Positions 22,906-34,864 of a stretch of DNA of 64,000 nt are shown piece by piece (positions within the stretch are counted from its first letter, which is position 1; each line of letters begins with the position of its first letter). The position numbers and the translations under genes are program-made. Origin of the DNA: Kondoa subrosea (Eukaryota). The stretch spans positions 744,001-808,000 of the forward strand of contig BCIN01000007.1 of NCBI GenBank assembly GCA_039545335.1. The letters are read 5' to 3'. The notes under the pieces were generated by a model. It did no database searches and was not told the origin of the DNA. It saw only the letters and a program-made list of their open reading frames with translations.

Positions 22906-25032
22906 ATGCGACATGCTGTACTTTGCTTCAAGCAGTTCTGCCCTTCCTATTCCTCTTCTGTACCCTTCTTTTCTTCCTCAAGATTGCACCTGCATACGGC
23001 AGCAGCAGACTCTCTGTTCTTCGCCGCAAACGAGTCGAATGAAACAGCAAAAGCCAAAGCGGAAGTCAACGATGGTAGGAAGGAAGGCTTCGATAGTGGA
23101 TTCAGTACAATCAAATCAGGCCACAAGTACGAAAACAATATCACGGGACTGTCTACTTCAGCGGCAAGACCTTCGCTCCCGAGCAATAGGGCACTCGAAA
23201 ATCTCAAAGAGACCGACAGCTCTGCCAGCGCGGCAGATCTTGCATCATCACCTATTTCTTCCTTGTTGATACAATCGCCTATCGCTTTCCTCCTCTTCTG
23301 TAAAAGGCATCGAATGCCAATCAAACCTAAGCTGGTCTTCCCTATTGTTTCTTGGATCTTTGAGAACATACCGCTGAAGGACGATTACGTCGTTCAACGT
23401 CTCGCGGATTGGCTGATGGTCGATCCGAAGACTATTGGAAGACTTGTGGAACGATTAGCTATACTTAAGGAGAGCAAGCCTGAACTTCAGAAAGTAGAGA
23501 AGATTATACGTATCGAGATTGATCTTCTACTGGAGCCCTCAAGCTCATCTAGCTATCTTTATATTCGAAAGCTCTTCAGCCTATACACTCAGCAAAATCG
23601 ACCCTTACCTTTAGCTGGCATATCTGTCGTAGAGGAAGTCGTCAAGCTCATACTGAGAACAGCTCAATCCGAACGGAAGAAGCCAGCAGAAGATCTAGCA
23701 ACGTTGTCCAAGACTTTGGCAATTGCTATCGATCAGGCAACACAATTGTCTGATGACGCTCGTCGCCATATTCAAGCTCAACGCTTTCGCCTATCTCTTT
23801 CTGACGAGTTCGCCCTAGCTCTCGTCAAAGCTCCCCGTCCAACAATGGCAGAGAACCACATGGATAAACAAAACGCGGCATTGTCAGCAGCTGATCATTT
23901 CGCTTTCAACCTTCTCTTACACATTCAATTCCGCTCAGTCCCTGTAGAAGATTACCTGCCTTTACTGGAAGAAACGCTTTTGGCAGATCATCGACCACTG
24001 ACCACCTACCACTTATTGCATCAACTTCTTAAGCGCTCACCTTTACCTCACCAACGCTTTGAGTCATCTTTCAACCTAGTCTGCCGTCTCTATCTACGTC
24101 GTCATCAACCTTCCCGCCTTCTCACTCTCTTTGATCTTTACCGTGCACCTCTTTCAGCTCGTTTGCAAGGCAGGAAACTTCAAGTTCTTCTGGCTTTGCA
24201 AAAGAAAGATGAAGTACAACATTACTTGGCCACTTTGGATACTATTCCCGTCCAAGCTTTAATAGCGCTTATCCATTCTTTTCGTGGAGATCGAGCCAAT
24301 CTGAAACGATTGCATGAATATTGGAAATCGCGTTCAGGAGAAAAAGAAGATTGGATCAGGAATGCGTTGACTGAAGCGTTGATGCTGTGTTATGAGAAGG
24401 AAGGGAAAGAATTGGATGCATTTGATGATAATCAGGAAGATTTGGATGCGGATCAGATTCACAGAAGAGTGAGATTGGTCAAGAACGCTGAAGAGGCAGT
24501 AATACTGGCTTTACATATTCCTGCTGAATCTCAAGAGGAAAAGACGTTCTCTATTATTCTGAGAGTAATCACCTTCTGCCTGTCAAACGGTTTGACGGAA
24601 ATGGCTATTCGTTTTCTCTCTCATCCTCGATTTCCTATTCAATACCTCACACCAAGGATAGTGAAAAGAACGCTCGTTTCTGCTGCAAGACATCATCCGA
24701 ATGATTGGTTAATACTTGAAGCTTGTCTGGCAATTTTGAGCAAGATGGACTTCCCATACGAAATACTTGGTCGAGCAGCGACCTTACATCATACGGTCCG
24801 AACTTGTCTTCATTCGGATTGTAAAGATGGGGTAGAGAGAACCGAAGAGGTGTTGAAGAGATTGAGATTGCTTTATGAAATTGTTGGTCAAGGGTCAAGC
24901 GATAGGATACTGAAGAGCTTGCAATTGATCTTGATGGAAAGTAGAACTTTGAGCGAAAGGGAGAAGAGGATCATCGGTCAAGAAGGGCGCGATATGTTCA
25001 AGGCGGATCGCGAGGGAAGCTCGGAACTTTGA
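22906..25032 (+). CDS. 708-aa intronless hypothetical protein, presequence-like N-terminus, Leu-rich and probably helical (PPR/TPR-like?)
   Basis: Uninterrupted 2.1 kb ORF divergent from GRX5 across 205 bp. No motif confidently recognised. Confidence 0.7.
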   Translation: MRHAVLCFKQFCPSYSSSVPFFSSSRLHLHTAAADSLFFAANESNETAKAKAEVNDGRKEGFDSGFSTIKSGHKYENNITGLSTSAARPSLPSNRALENLKETDSSASAADLASSPISSLLIQSPIAFLLFCKRHRMPIKPKLVFPIVSWIFENIPLKDDYVVQRLADWLMVDPKTIGRLVERLAILKESKPELQKVEKIIRIEIDLLLEPSSSSSYLYIRKLFSLYTQQNRPLPLAGISVVEEVVKLILRTAQSERKKPAEDLATLSKTLAIAIDQATQLSDDARRHIQAQRFRLSLSDEFALALVKAPRPTMAENHMDKQNAALSAADHFAFNLLLHIQFRSVPVEDYLPLLEETLLADHRPLTTYHLLHQLLKRSPLPHQRFESSFNLVCRLYLRRHQPSRLLTLFDLYRAPLSARLQGRKLQVLLALQKKDEVQHYLATLDTIPVQALIALIHSFRGDRANLKRLHEYWKSRSGEKEDWIRNALTEALMLCYEKEGKELDAFDDNQEDLDADQIHRRVRLVKNAEEAVILALHIPAESQEEKTFSIILRVITFCLSNGLTEMAIRFLSHPRFPIQYLTPRIVKRTLVSAARHHPNDWLILEACLAILSKMDFPYEILGRAATLHHTVRTCLHSDCKDGVERTEEVLKRLRLLYEIVGQGSSDRILKSLQLILMESRTLSEREKRIIGQEGRDMFKADREGSSEL

Positions 25033-25479
25033 ATTGTAAGTATTACTAGGACACCAAAGCTTGTGAATATCATATGTAGGGAAACAAATGATGCGAGTCA
25101 GCCAAGGTGCTTTGTCGAGATCGAAGCAAATGTTGCTGCATGTTCCGCTATGACCAAGATGTCATCTTCGTCGATGATCAAGCTTCTCTACACAATGCTT
25201 GTATATCATTGGCTCAATTGTCCTTAGCTGCAAGTGCTTCTTCCGGTGATTTAATCCAGCGCGAATGGCTTCTGTGCTGTGCATGGTTTCAAATTCGCTT
25301 GCGATGCTCTCTTCTCTCGCTGACGTTGTGATGCACATCTGCAGCATCCTCCTGTTTCGTTGAAGGAGTTAATGACTTCACCTTCATCGAGCTCGAACCT
25401 CATTTCATTTGTTACCTAATATTTGCCTTGCGGCATATGAGGCGTTCTTTTCCTTTCTCTTGAGCCACCACTATCCTCA

Positions 25480-28318
25480 ATGACTGAAGAGACTGCCAGT
25501 CTAGAGGTCGGCCAATCTTTTGAGTCTCTTGAGGCGCTCAGAGCAGCCTGCAAAAGCTTCGACCCAAATCTCGTACCTTCGCGCCATCAATCTGCTACTA
25601 CCTCTTATAGCATCAGCATTAATCGAGTACAGCAAACGGCCTGGAACTATTCAATGAGTTGCAATCAAGGCAATGCCGAACAAGAGATGCGCTCGAATTA
25701 CTGCACCTACTCTGTGCGCTGTAGAGGAATAGGACCTGACAGATTGAAGGCTACCTACACCATAATGGACATCAATGAAGAACATAGTGACCATGTACGT
25801 GAATCTAATCCTCAGGTACTACAAGCTGAAAACTCTCTGCAGGCACCTGAAAAGAGTAATTTGTTGCGCTACGCGTACAAGAGTAATCATCGCACAGTGG
25901 ATCAGCAAAAACCAGCTGGGACGCGATCTAGGCCAAGAGAAGATAGTCCTGCTACAGCACCTTCAACTACTACATGTCAAGAAACGGACGAATACGAATC
26001 TTCTGCCCCTATTACTGCATCGAGTGTTACATCAGGAGTTGTCGCGCCTACGTCAAGTTTCACAGCAGAAGTTAGCTCAACGGCAGATCCTATCAGTCCG
26101 AGCCCTTCTTCAGCCATTCTAAATCTTGCCATTGGTCAAACATTCGACAACTTAGCCGCTTTCAGATCAGCATGCAAGGTAGCCAACTCAGATCTTATGC
26201 CTGCTTCACCTAGCCAGTCTAGCACGCATGTGGTCCTGCGGGATGGAAAAGAGTACACCGCCTGGTATTATCTCATGGCTTGCAGCTTAGGCAATGCAAA
26301 GCAGGAAGGCGCCTCGAATCACTGTACTTACTTAGTGAAAGCTGAAGGTTTCGGTGGCGAAGATCGGAAATTGGTTCCGTACACTATCGTGGAGATGTGT
26401 ACATTGCACTCCGAGCATGTACGGACAGAATATCCATCTTCTCGCATCACGATTGAATGACTGACTCTTCCATTTCGTGCTCAGGCCCCGTCGAAGAGTA
26501 CGCTGCTACGCAGAAAGAATAAACGTCGTGTCAAAACCAACGCAAATACCTCAGAGAAGAGCACACTACAGACAGACAGCACAGGTGTCAACTCTACAGT
26601 ATTACCTCAGCTGCATTCGCATGCGTCGCTGCAATCTTCCTCGCATAACACTTTAGCAGCAGCTTACCATGCCGACGCTGTCATTGATCCAAGTCTTTTA
26701 CCATCTCAACTGGGTCTTGGCTCGTCTTTTTCATCAATGGTGATTCAAGCTTTGATATGTTGTCAGATTCGGACTTACAGTGATGCCAGGGCAATTTTAT
26801 CGATGCTGTGACAACAAGCGCGCAACTTACTCCGCAAGGATCTTCGCTAACTAGTAAGCTGTACTACTTCGCTATCGAAGCCAATTTGCTGACGATGCTC
26901 AGCTACAATGAGAAACGACACGAGTTCTGGTTCACTCTTCACTTACTGCGAAATCCGCTGCGGACATGCGAGCAGCCTTCCTTCAACAGAGATAATTAAG
27001 AGAGATTGCCCTTTCTCGTAAGTCTGCTCTCTGTAGATGTCAATTCATGCTTCTACTAACGACAAGTGTAGAATCAGGGCTGTGCAATGGAACTTATCAG
27101 AATGGTATGCTTGCGCGATTTTGATGTTCTTCACTTCTGATGATCGTCGACACTTCGCAGGAAAGTTGTCGTCTACTCACCTGAACATCATCACCCTGCA
27201 CTCCAAGTAAATCGAGCAGGCGCATCCCAGCTTACTAGCCGAGAAGCTTCATTTATGCCTGCTGATACGACCAAGCCGCAAGAATTGATCAATACTGACT
27301 CTCCAAAGGCTTGTACACCTAGAGCACTTCTTGTTCAGCATTCTTCGTCTGGGTCTTCTCCCGCTTCTGTCAGCCAAGCAGTCATTCCGCTGAACGCTGC
27401 CAGTATGGAAGTCGAAGTTGAACACATCGTGAACGCAAGATTACCTGACATGGTCCCAAAGACAGCTGCCTCAGGGGCTCTCGCCCCAAAGAGACGGCAT
27501 AGTACAAGTCAAATGTCAGATAACAAGCGATGCAAGCTGGTAGATACAGCTGTTCAAACCGAAGAACCACAGGCTGCTTCATGCACTTTCCCAACTCTGG
27601 ATGACCGGTTCTCTTCTGCTGAAGCGTTCATGCAGACATGTCGTCAAGCCATGCATCAGAAGGCTACTTGGAGTTTGAGCATAGGTGAGTCCGTCCGATG
27701 CATTTCTCGACCTAGCTTGATACCTTTTCAAAGATCGTCCTCAAGGATCCGATTGGGTGGAAGTTCGCTGTGCTTATCCTCACTCACCGGCCGAAGAAGT
27801 CAAACCATGTCGTTTCCTTGTCATGGCAGAACGATACGGTTCAGAGTGGTCAGTCCTTGTTCTGGGATGGTGGTACACGCGTCTCGCTCAGAAAATGATT
27901 AGGAAAGTAGTCTGCTCCACGCTGGATCACAATGGACACGCTTTGATTCATCAAACGGAAGAAGCGTTGCCTTCTATGCCATCTCCACCTTCTTCGTGAG
28001 CTTCCTTTTGTCCAAATCAGGCATGACTGATTGGTTTGGTCCAGACCTGGGTTCTCATTCATCTCTTACTCTATACCACAAAGCAGTAATTCAAGCTGGT
28101 CATCCTCTTCTTACTTTGGCTCGCAAAACAGTTGCAACACTCAAGATTCTCCTGCCTCTCAAAGTTCACCTATTCCTCTTCTTACACCTCTTTTCTCGGT
28201 TCAGGAAGATCGTGATTCAGCAGAAGAAGAAGAAGAAGAAGAAGCACGGGAAGGAAAGGAGTATGACGAGTTAAGTGAAGAAGAAGAATGGGATCAAGTA
28301 ATGATACGTGGACCGTGA
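25480..28318 (+). CDS. Putative transcription factor with four tandem AFT/FAR1/MULE-type (WRKY-GCM1-like) C..C..H..H zinc-finger modules and an acidic tail
   Basis: Spliced modules: LEVGQSFESLEAL..SC..YCTYSVRC..HSDH; LAIGQTFDNLAAF..AC..HCTYLVKA..HSEH; LGLGSSFSSM..RC..DCPFSIRAVQWNLSEWKVVVYSPEHHH; LDDRFSSAEAF..RC..PCRFLVMAERYGSEWKVVCSTLDHNGH. NLS-like RRKNKRRVK. Last exon 28045-28318. Confidence 0.72.
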
Positions 28319-29465
28319 AATCCGTAATCTTCAGAACTTCCAGCAGTGAGCCTTCTCTTCTATCGCCGCAATGAACAGTATCTGATCGTTTCTCCTTCAA
28401 TAACAGAATGTATTTGACGGGGTACGGCTTTAATCAGACAGGTTAAACTCGGCGAGTAGCAGCGGAAGTGAAAATGACAATGTACAGTATATGATCAATG
28501 GCGCGCATAGTCTCGTTCGAGCAGAGCTTAGCTAAACTGACAATGAATGAATGAAGCCAGTGAAAATCGATGACACGATGAAGTAAAAAACTCCGAGACA
28601 GACCAAACAGGACCGAGTGATGAAAGTCGAAGTCAAAGTGAAGAGATGCGCAACAAGAGAAAGCTGCAATACAAACAAGTAATAGCTAATACAAAAGAAG
28701 TGTGAAAACGAAATGCCAAAATCCCTCGAGAACAGATCATTCATCATCCCCTAAAGTTCTTATTATGTCAGTCAGATAACGCAAAAAGGGAAGACTTGAA
28801 AACCAACCTTGAGATGCTTTTCCACCAGATTTACCTCCACCTGGAGTCTTTGATTTGGAAGGCAAAAGTTCAGAGTGAATGTTTGGCAAGACACCACCTT
28901 GAGAGATGGTTACTGATCCAAGAAGACGGTTGAGTTCTTCATCGTTGCGGATAGCGAGTTGCAAATGACGAGGAATGATACGAGATTTCTCTGCGCACAA
29001 GCAACACGTTAAGACTTGCTAATCAACGAGGAGTGAGTGAGAAACTCACTGTTATCACGAGCAGCGTTTCCAGCCAATTCCAAAATTTCAGCAGCCAAGT
29101 ATTCCAACACCGCTGCCAGGTACACTGGAGCACCAGCACCAATACGTTGGGCGTAGTTGCCTTTGCGCAACAAACGATGAATTCGACCAACTGGGAATTG
29201 AAGACCGGCTTTGGCAGATCGGGATTCTGCATGCCGTACAATGAGTCAAGAGAGAAGAGTGAAGGTGTGATTAGACATACGAGATTTGGATCCTTCGCCA
29301 GCGGCTTTACCACCCTTAGCTTTGCCAGATGCAGGAGCAGACATTGTTTTGAGTGTTGTTGGGTGTTGGGTGAGGGGTTGAGTGAGAAGAGTAGAGTCGT
29401 GGATGGGAAGAAGAGAAGAGAGGAAAGAGGGAGACGCGTTTTATGCTGCTGCCTTTGTTTTTTCG
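27991..29465. repeat. Right arm of the ~1.45 kb imperfect inverted repeat (partner 20341-21796)
   Basis: Reverse-complement match to 20341-21796. For example, 28182-28400(-) and 21401-21613(+) translate to near-identical peptides in the ORF track. Confidence 0.93.
28751..29344 (-). CDS. HTA: Histone H2A, copy 2, divergently paired with H2B
   Basis: Same protein as copy 1 (only synonymous differences seen) and the same three intron positions. Confidence 0.96.
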
Positions 29466-29761
29466 CCTCAACCGAATTATATAATTCAACTCAATTTAAT
29501 TCCTTGAGCACTGCTGAGGTGTAGCTGAGCCCTATCTGTCCTCCCTGCGCTCTCTCTTGCCTTCTCTCATTTTATTCGCTTTTTTTCGAGTTGAACAGCC
29601 TGTTTTCGTAAATCGAGTAATCTTGTTTTTTTCGCCTTCCGTTGGACTTGACTTAAGAGCGCGCTGTCCTTTGCCTTTCTCTCTTCTTCCATCACAACAC
29701 TTTACTCTCACACTTCACTTCCACTCAGCAACCCTTCCCTCAACTTTCAAACTTATCAAAC

Positions 29762-30538
<777 letters not shown>

Positions 30539-31149
30539 AGAAGAGAGGGTTGGAGTACTTCTTGGCTTGTAACTTCGTTGCTGGGGCACTTTCTTGTATT
30601 CGTCTTCTTTTTTATGTATTTGAGCTTTGTTTTGACACTTTGTGCTGCTATGGACTCGGATGCCTTGCTTCTCTAAGGTCACCTTATACTCTGATCCGCG
30701 AGACACTGGCAGCTCGATTTTCATACATGTCGTGACCTGGTTTCCCCGGCTTATGGGCCTATGTCTGCAGAGAGAAGTGAGATAGGAAGAAGAGTTTATT
30801 CATGCGAGCTTACTGCTCGCGTTATATCTCAACGGAACAGATGCTTGCGAAGTTACTTGATGTATAAAGAGATCATACACTGGAAGAGGGACACAGCAGA
30901 TAAAGGAGCTAAAAGAAAGGATATAAGAGACAGAGAAGAAGGGAAGCGCGTGACGCGGAATTCTGCACAAAACCAAGAAATCACAAAAAGAGAGCCGAAA
31001 AAAAGCTGTGAGTGAGATACAGCATTGCGATGTACGAAAGGTAAGCATACAAGCGGTTCTTTTTGCCGGCGAAGGCCCACAAGTGAAGATTCTTGCTTGC
31101 TTGAACAGTTACTCTAGCCAGCATGCCAAAGCAGTAAAAATCTTCTCCA

Positions 31150-32757
31150 TGCTAGCTATCCAACAGGTCGAAGGGATATAGACACCGAGCCAAACTCCCC
31201 ATACTTGTATGATGTTCGACTGACGCTGTCCATGGACGACTAAGCACGAGTCCAACAAGGCATGAGAATGACTTGCCTGACTTTTGACGAGAAGCCTTGT
31301 TTGACGCTTGCACCAGATCCTAAGTTGTTCTTCGGACAGCTTCAGCTAACGAAGACACCACTGGCTGCTGTGCGTACCTGATGAGATATATCAGCTATCA
31401 GGAATCTAATCCCTCTTCGTTTTATCGCTTCGTGTTCCAAGCAAACACTACAGTCCATCAGTACACAAAATAGCAGTGTAACATGGCTAACTCAAGCAGT
31501 CTCTGGCCAATACGACACCTGGTAACTTCTGGTCTCAAGTAAACGCTCAGAGCCAAAGTCCTAGTATTGCACCCTCAAGATCGGTCAACCGACGAATGTA
31601 AGAATCTTACCGTCGAAAGCATTGATGGCTTGAATAGTCATTCAAACACATGTATCCGACTACTTGTTGATCAAGTTCGGCTACATAGATCTAAATGACA
31701 AAGCGTCAGTACTTTACTCTATCTCTGCGAGTTGGCTTACCGGCAGATTGGCTTCTTTGATCTTCCTGAACCACTCAAACTTGTCCGATGTAAGAAACGG
31801 TTGACAATGGCTGAGAGCCTTTCTATCTGGATTAGCGAGGTTTTAACCTTAGAGGCTTGAGATAGCACACCTTTGTGTACAAAACAGCATGATTGATGCC
31901 TATCACAGTTCAGCTACTGTATTACAAACGAACGGTGCTACTGACATCCAACAACTAGGCGAGACTCAATAAGAAATGTTTCCGCGGAGAGAAAAAACAG
32001 TCCACTCGCTATCAGGTAAATCTGACCACTCAGCGATTCTGATGACAAGCTTATCGTGATCTACCGGTAGATGGAAGGATTGAAGAGCCAATGGCCATGC
32101 ATGATGTTCAGTGTCCGGAAAGCCAAGTCCCTTGACAGCTGGAGCTGGTCCAATGAAGAGAGTGTACCATTCTTGATCCATTGCAATATCGTTCCGTTCG
32201 GCTATGCCAACGAGACTGCTATTGAATCAGCTAGTTGAACCATAACTGTTTCGAACACGTACGTCCCGCAATGCCAAAAGCCGAGACTATAGAGAAACTG
32301 CCTTCCTGCGGTATTGATGGACAGGTTCGGGGCTAGGGCTGCTTCAGCCGCTGGCTATGCTCAAGGAAGTGGACATACACTTGACGACGTAAAGATGTCG
32401 GGCAGCCGTTTTCTCATGATCCTTCAGGGCGTCAAAGAGATAAGTACCGATTCCTCTTCGCCTGTGCTCGGACATGACGAAGCAAATAGGAGTGACTGAA
32501 AATTCGACGCCATCACCCCGAATGACATCTCCCAAAGGTTGAAATGCAGCAAAGGCAATGATAACACCAGCATCATTCAAACCGATCAAACATGGGTAGT
32601 GGTGCATATGAAGATGATTCAACCAGTCTTGAGTCTCATTCAGGGTACGCTCTTGATCTTCAGGCAAAAGACCTTCTGCTATGACTGCGTTGAAGAGCTT
32701 CGTAATTCCTGGCGGATCCGCTTCGCAAGCGTCACGAATTAAGATATAAGAAGACAT
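31150..32757 (-). CDS. GNAT N-acetyltransferase with two tandem phosphinothricin-acetyltransferase-like domains
   Basis: Domain 1: MSSYILIRDACEAD...FVMSEHRRRGIGTYLF...SLGFWHCG. Domain 2: KLVIRIAEWSDLPD...LPIYVAELDQQVVG...LSVYLRPEVTRCRIGQRLL. The 3' end is approximate. Confidence 0.65.
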
Positions 32758-33156
32758 TACTGGCAGGAAGGCGGGGCAGAAGAAAGATAAAACGAAAGAA
32801 ACGGTCCGCGACACCGCAGGACGTCTGTACGAAATTGAACACCGCAAAAAATGACCAAACGGGAAGAAGACCGCCGGGTGCGATGCAGTATCACTAGCAG
32901 TCTTGACTGCTGCAATGGCCATTTGCGTAGGGTTTGAGAGAGAGAGAGAAACGGAGGCGAAAGATATGAAGCCCCAACGGACTCGAGCTGAGTAGATGCG
33001 AATTAGCCTCTTCTGGCGTCTGATTAGAGAGCACTGACAGAGTTGACATATTCCAGTGCTCCGATCTGCAGCGTTTCAGCTCACCAAATTTCAAGTCATT
33101 ATAGTAGCATGAACAGATACACCCTCGCGTATTTAAAAGCAAATCTCATCCGTTAG

Positions 33157-34685
33157 TCAATAGATATCCTCGTCAATCTCTCGACTATCATCTTCTTCGC
33201 TTCCATGTTCAACCCAATCCGAATCTGATTCTTCCGGCCTGTCAGCTTTCGGCTCGTGGCTCCATCCACCCCATCTAGAAGATGATTCCGCATCATAACG
33301 ACTTTGATTCATGCTTCGGTACTCTTTGCGAAAGTTTAGGCCAATATCATACGGGACGATTGTGTTACGGGTATATTCCGCAGTGAAAGAAGTGTTGTTG
33401 AACAAATCACCATCAATGATTCCTTCAAGGGAATTCGAAGAGATGAAGTTGATCGTGCATGTATTCCCGGAGGTGACTGGTCCATCTTCTTCTTGACCTC
33501 GCCATTCGAAAGAGATTTGATGGCTGGTATGAACATCAGGATGATTGGAAGTAGATCTCATATAGCCTTTGATGATACCAAAGTTGAAGCGAGCCCATAA
33601 ATGTTTACATGAAGCAGACGAGGCGAAATTAAGATAGTAAGAATTGCCGGCGTCTGGCCACTGTTCTGCTACATATGGGACTGTCGCCTTCCAGCTACCA
33701 CGCTTCAGTATTCGTGTCTCAGATGTTTCCTACTGGCAGAAAATATTGATAAATTGTGTCAAGGTCTTAATATCAAGAGAGCTCACGATTTTGACTTTCT
33801 TCGCTACCTTGGGCTTCTTGTCTTCTTCAGAATTATCCTCAATTTTCCGCTTATTACCGGCTGCAGCTTTTGACGTGGAAGCAGCGGCAGCTTCCTTCTT
33901 GACTGTAGGTTTTTAATCCGCGACTTCCTTCTTGGTAGGTTCTTTTTTCACAGCAGGCTTCTTCTCATCTTTCTTCACGACTGCCTTATCTTCCTTCTTG
34001 GCTGCCACTTTCTTTGTAGCTGTTGGGGCCTTCTTGACAGGTGAAGCTACTGCTTTACTGGTTGAAGCTTGAGGTGTTTTGCTGGCCTTCTCTTCGGCTT
34101 TAGTCTTCTTGATCAAGTCCTTCATAAACTCTGTGCTCTCCTTCTCTATTTCACGTTTCTTCTTCGCTTCAACACCCAATTTCGCTTTCTCGAGTAGTTT
34201 CTCTTCTTTAGCTTTCTCTTTGATGGCTTCTTTGTTTGCCTTGTTCCAATCGGACTTCAAAGATTTCTCTAAGGCGAGAATAGCAGCAGGTACTTTCAAG
34301 TTTCGTTTAGGTGCTTTATCAATAGCTTCCAGTAGACATTTCTTAGCTCGATCTCTAGTCTTGAAAGGTTCCAAGCCATAGTGCAGACATTGACATGTAT
34401 AATATTCCGCCGACTGATCAGCTTGAGCTGTAGGCTGTCTTGCTGCTAGTTTACCAGACTGTTACAGAAAACAACAAAGCAGACATCAGAAGATGATGAA
34501 AGAACGCGCGAAGCAGGATATCGGACTTTAGTGTAGACAGGTTCGACTGTGTACTCCAGTAAAGCGAGTAAATCAGGTATAGCAGCGCGTGGATATAGTT
34601 TGTTATTATGAGAGGCAGAGAATTCTGTGCCATTGTAGCGGAAGTTGCCTGACGAGAGAGGCTCGATAAGAGCTGGAGTGGCCAT
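33157..34685 (-). pseudogene. Fungal uncharacterised protein (QCLHYGL N-terminal domain, Lys-rich linker, FEWRG..RWGGW C-terminal domain) interrupted by an in-frame TAA
   Basis: Exons read YYTCQCLHYGLEPFKTRDRAKKCLLEAI...LKVPAAILALEKSLKSDW, then ...KKEVAD*KPTVKKEAA with the frame continuing past TAA 33913-33915, then LWARFNFGIIKGYMR...ISFEWRGQEE. Confidence 0.6.
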
Positions 34686-34864
34686 GAGAGCTTAGCCGTA
34701 ACAATTCAAGGACTTCGTTGGCTTTAGTCGACCCAATTTCGAAGCATTTCATGCGAAAGTCAGACTCGGATGACTAAAATAATAATATACTGGCGGTGCA
34801 GCTAAGCGCGGCCTATTCGAGCACTCGTGAATTCTATTCATCTCTATTTTGACATCTCTGCGAA

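Noticed and set aside
20341..29465. The inverted repeat as terminal inverted repeats of an autonomous Mutator or Pack-MULE element
   Set aside because: The arms consist of host H2A sequence, one arm is part of the normal H2A-H2B locus, no DDE domain is visible, and I could not identify a target-site duplication.
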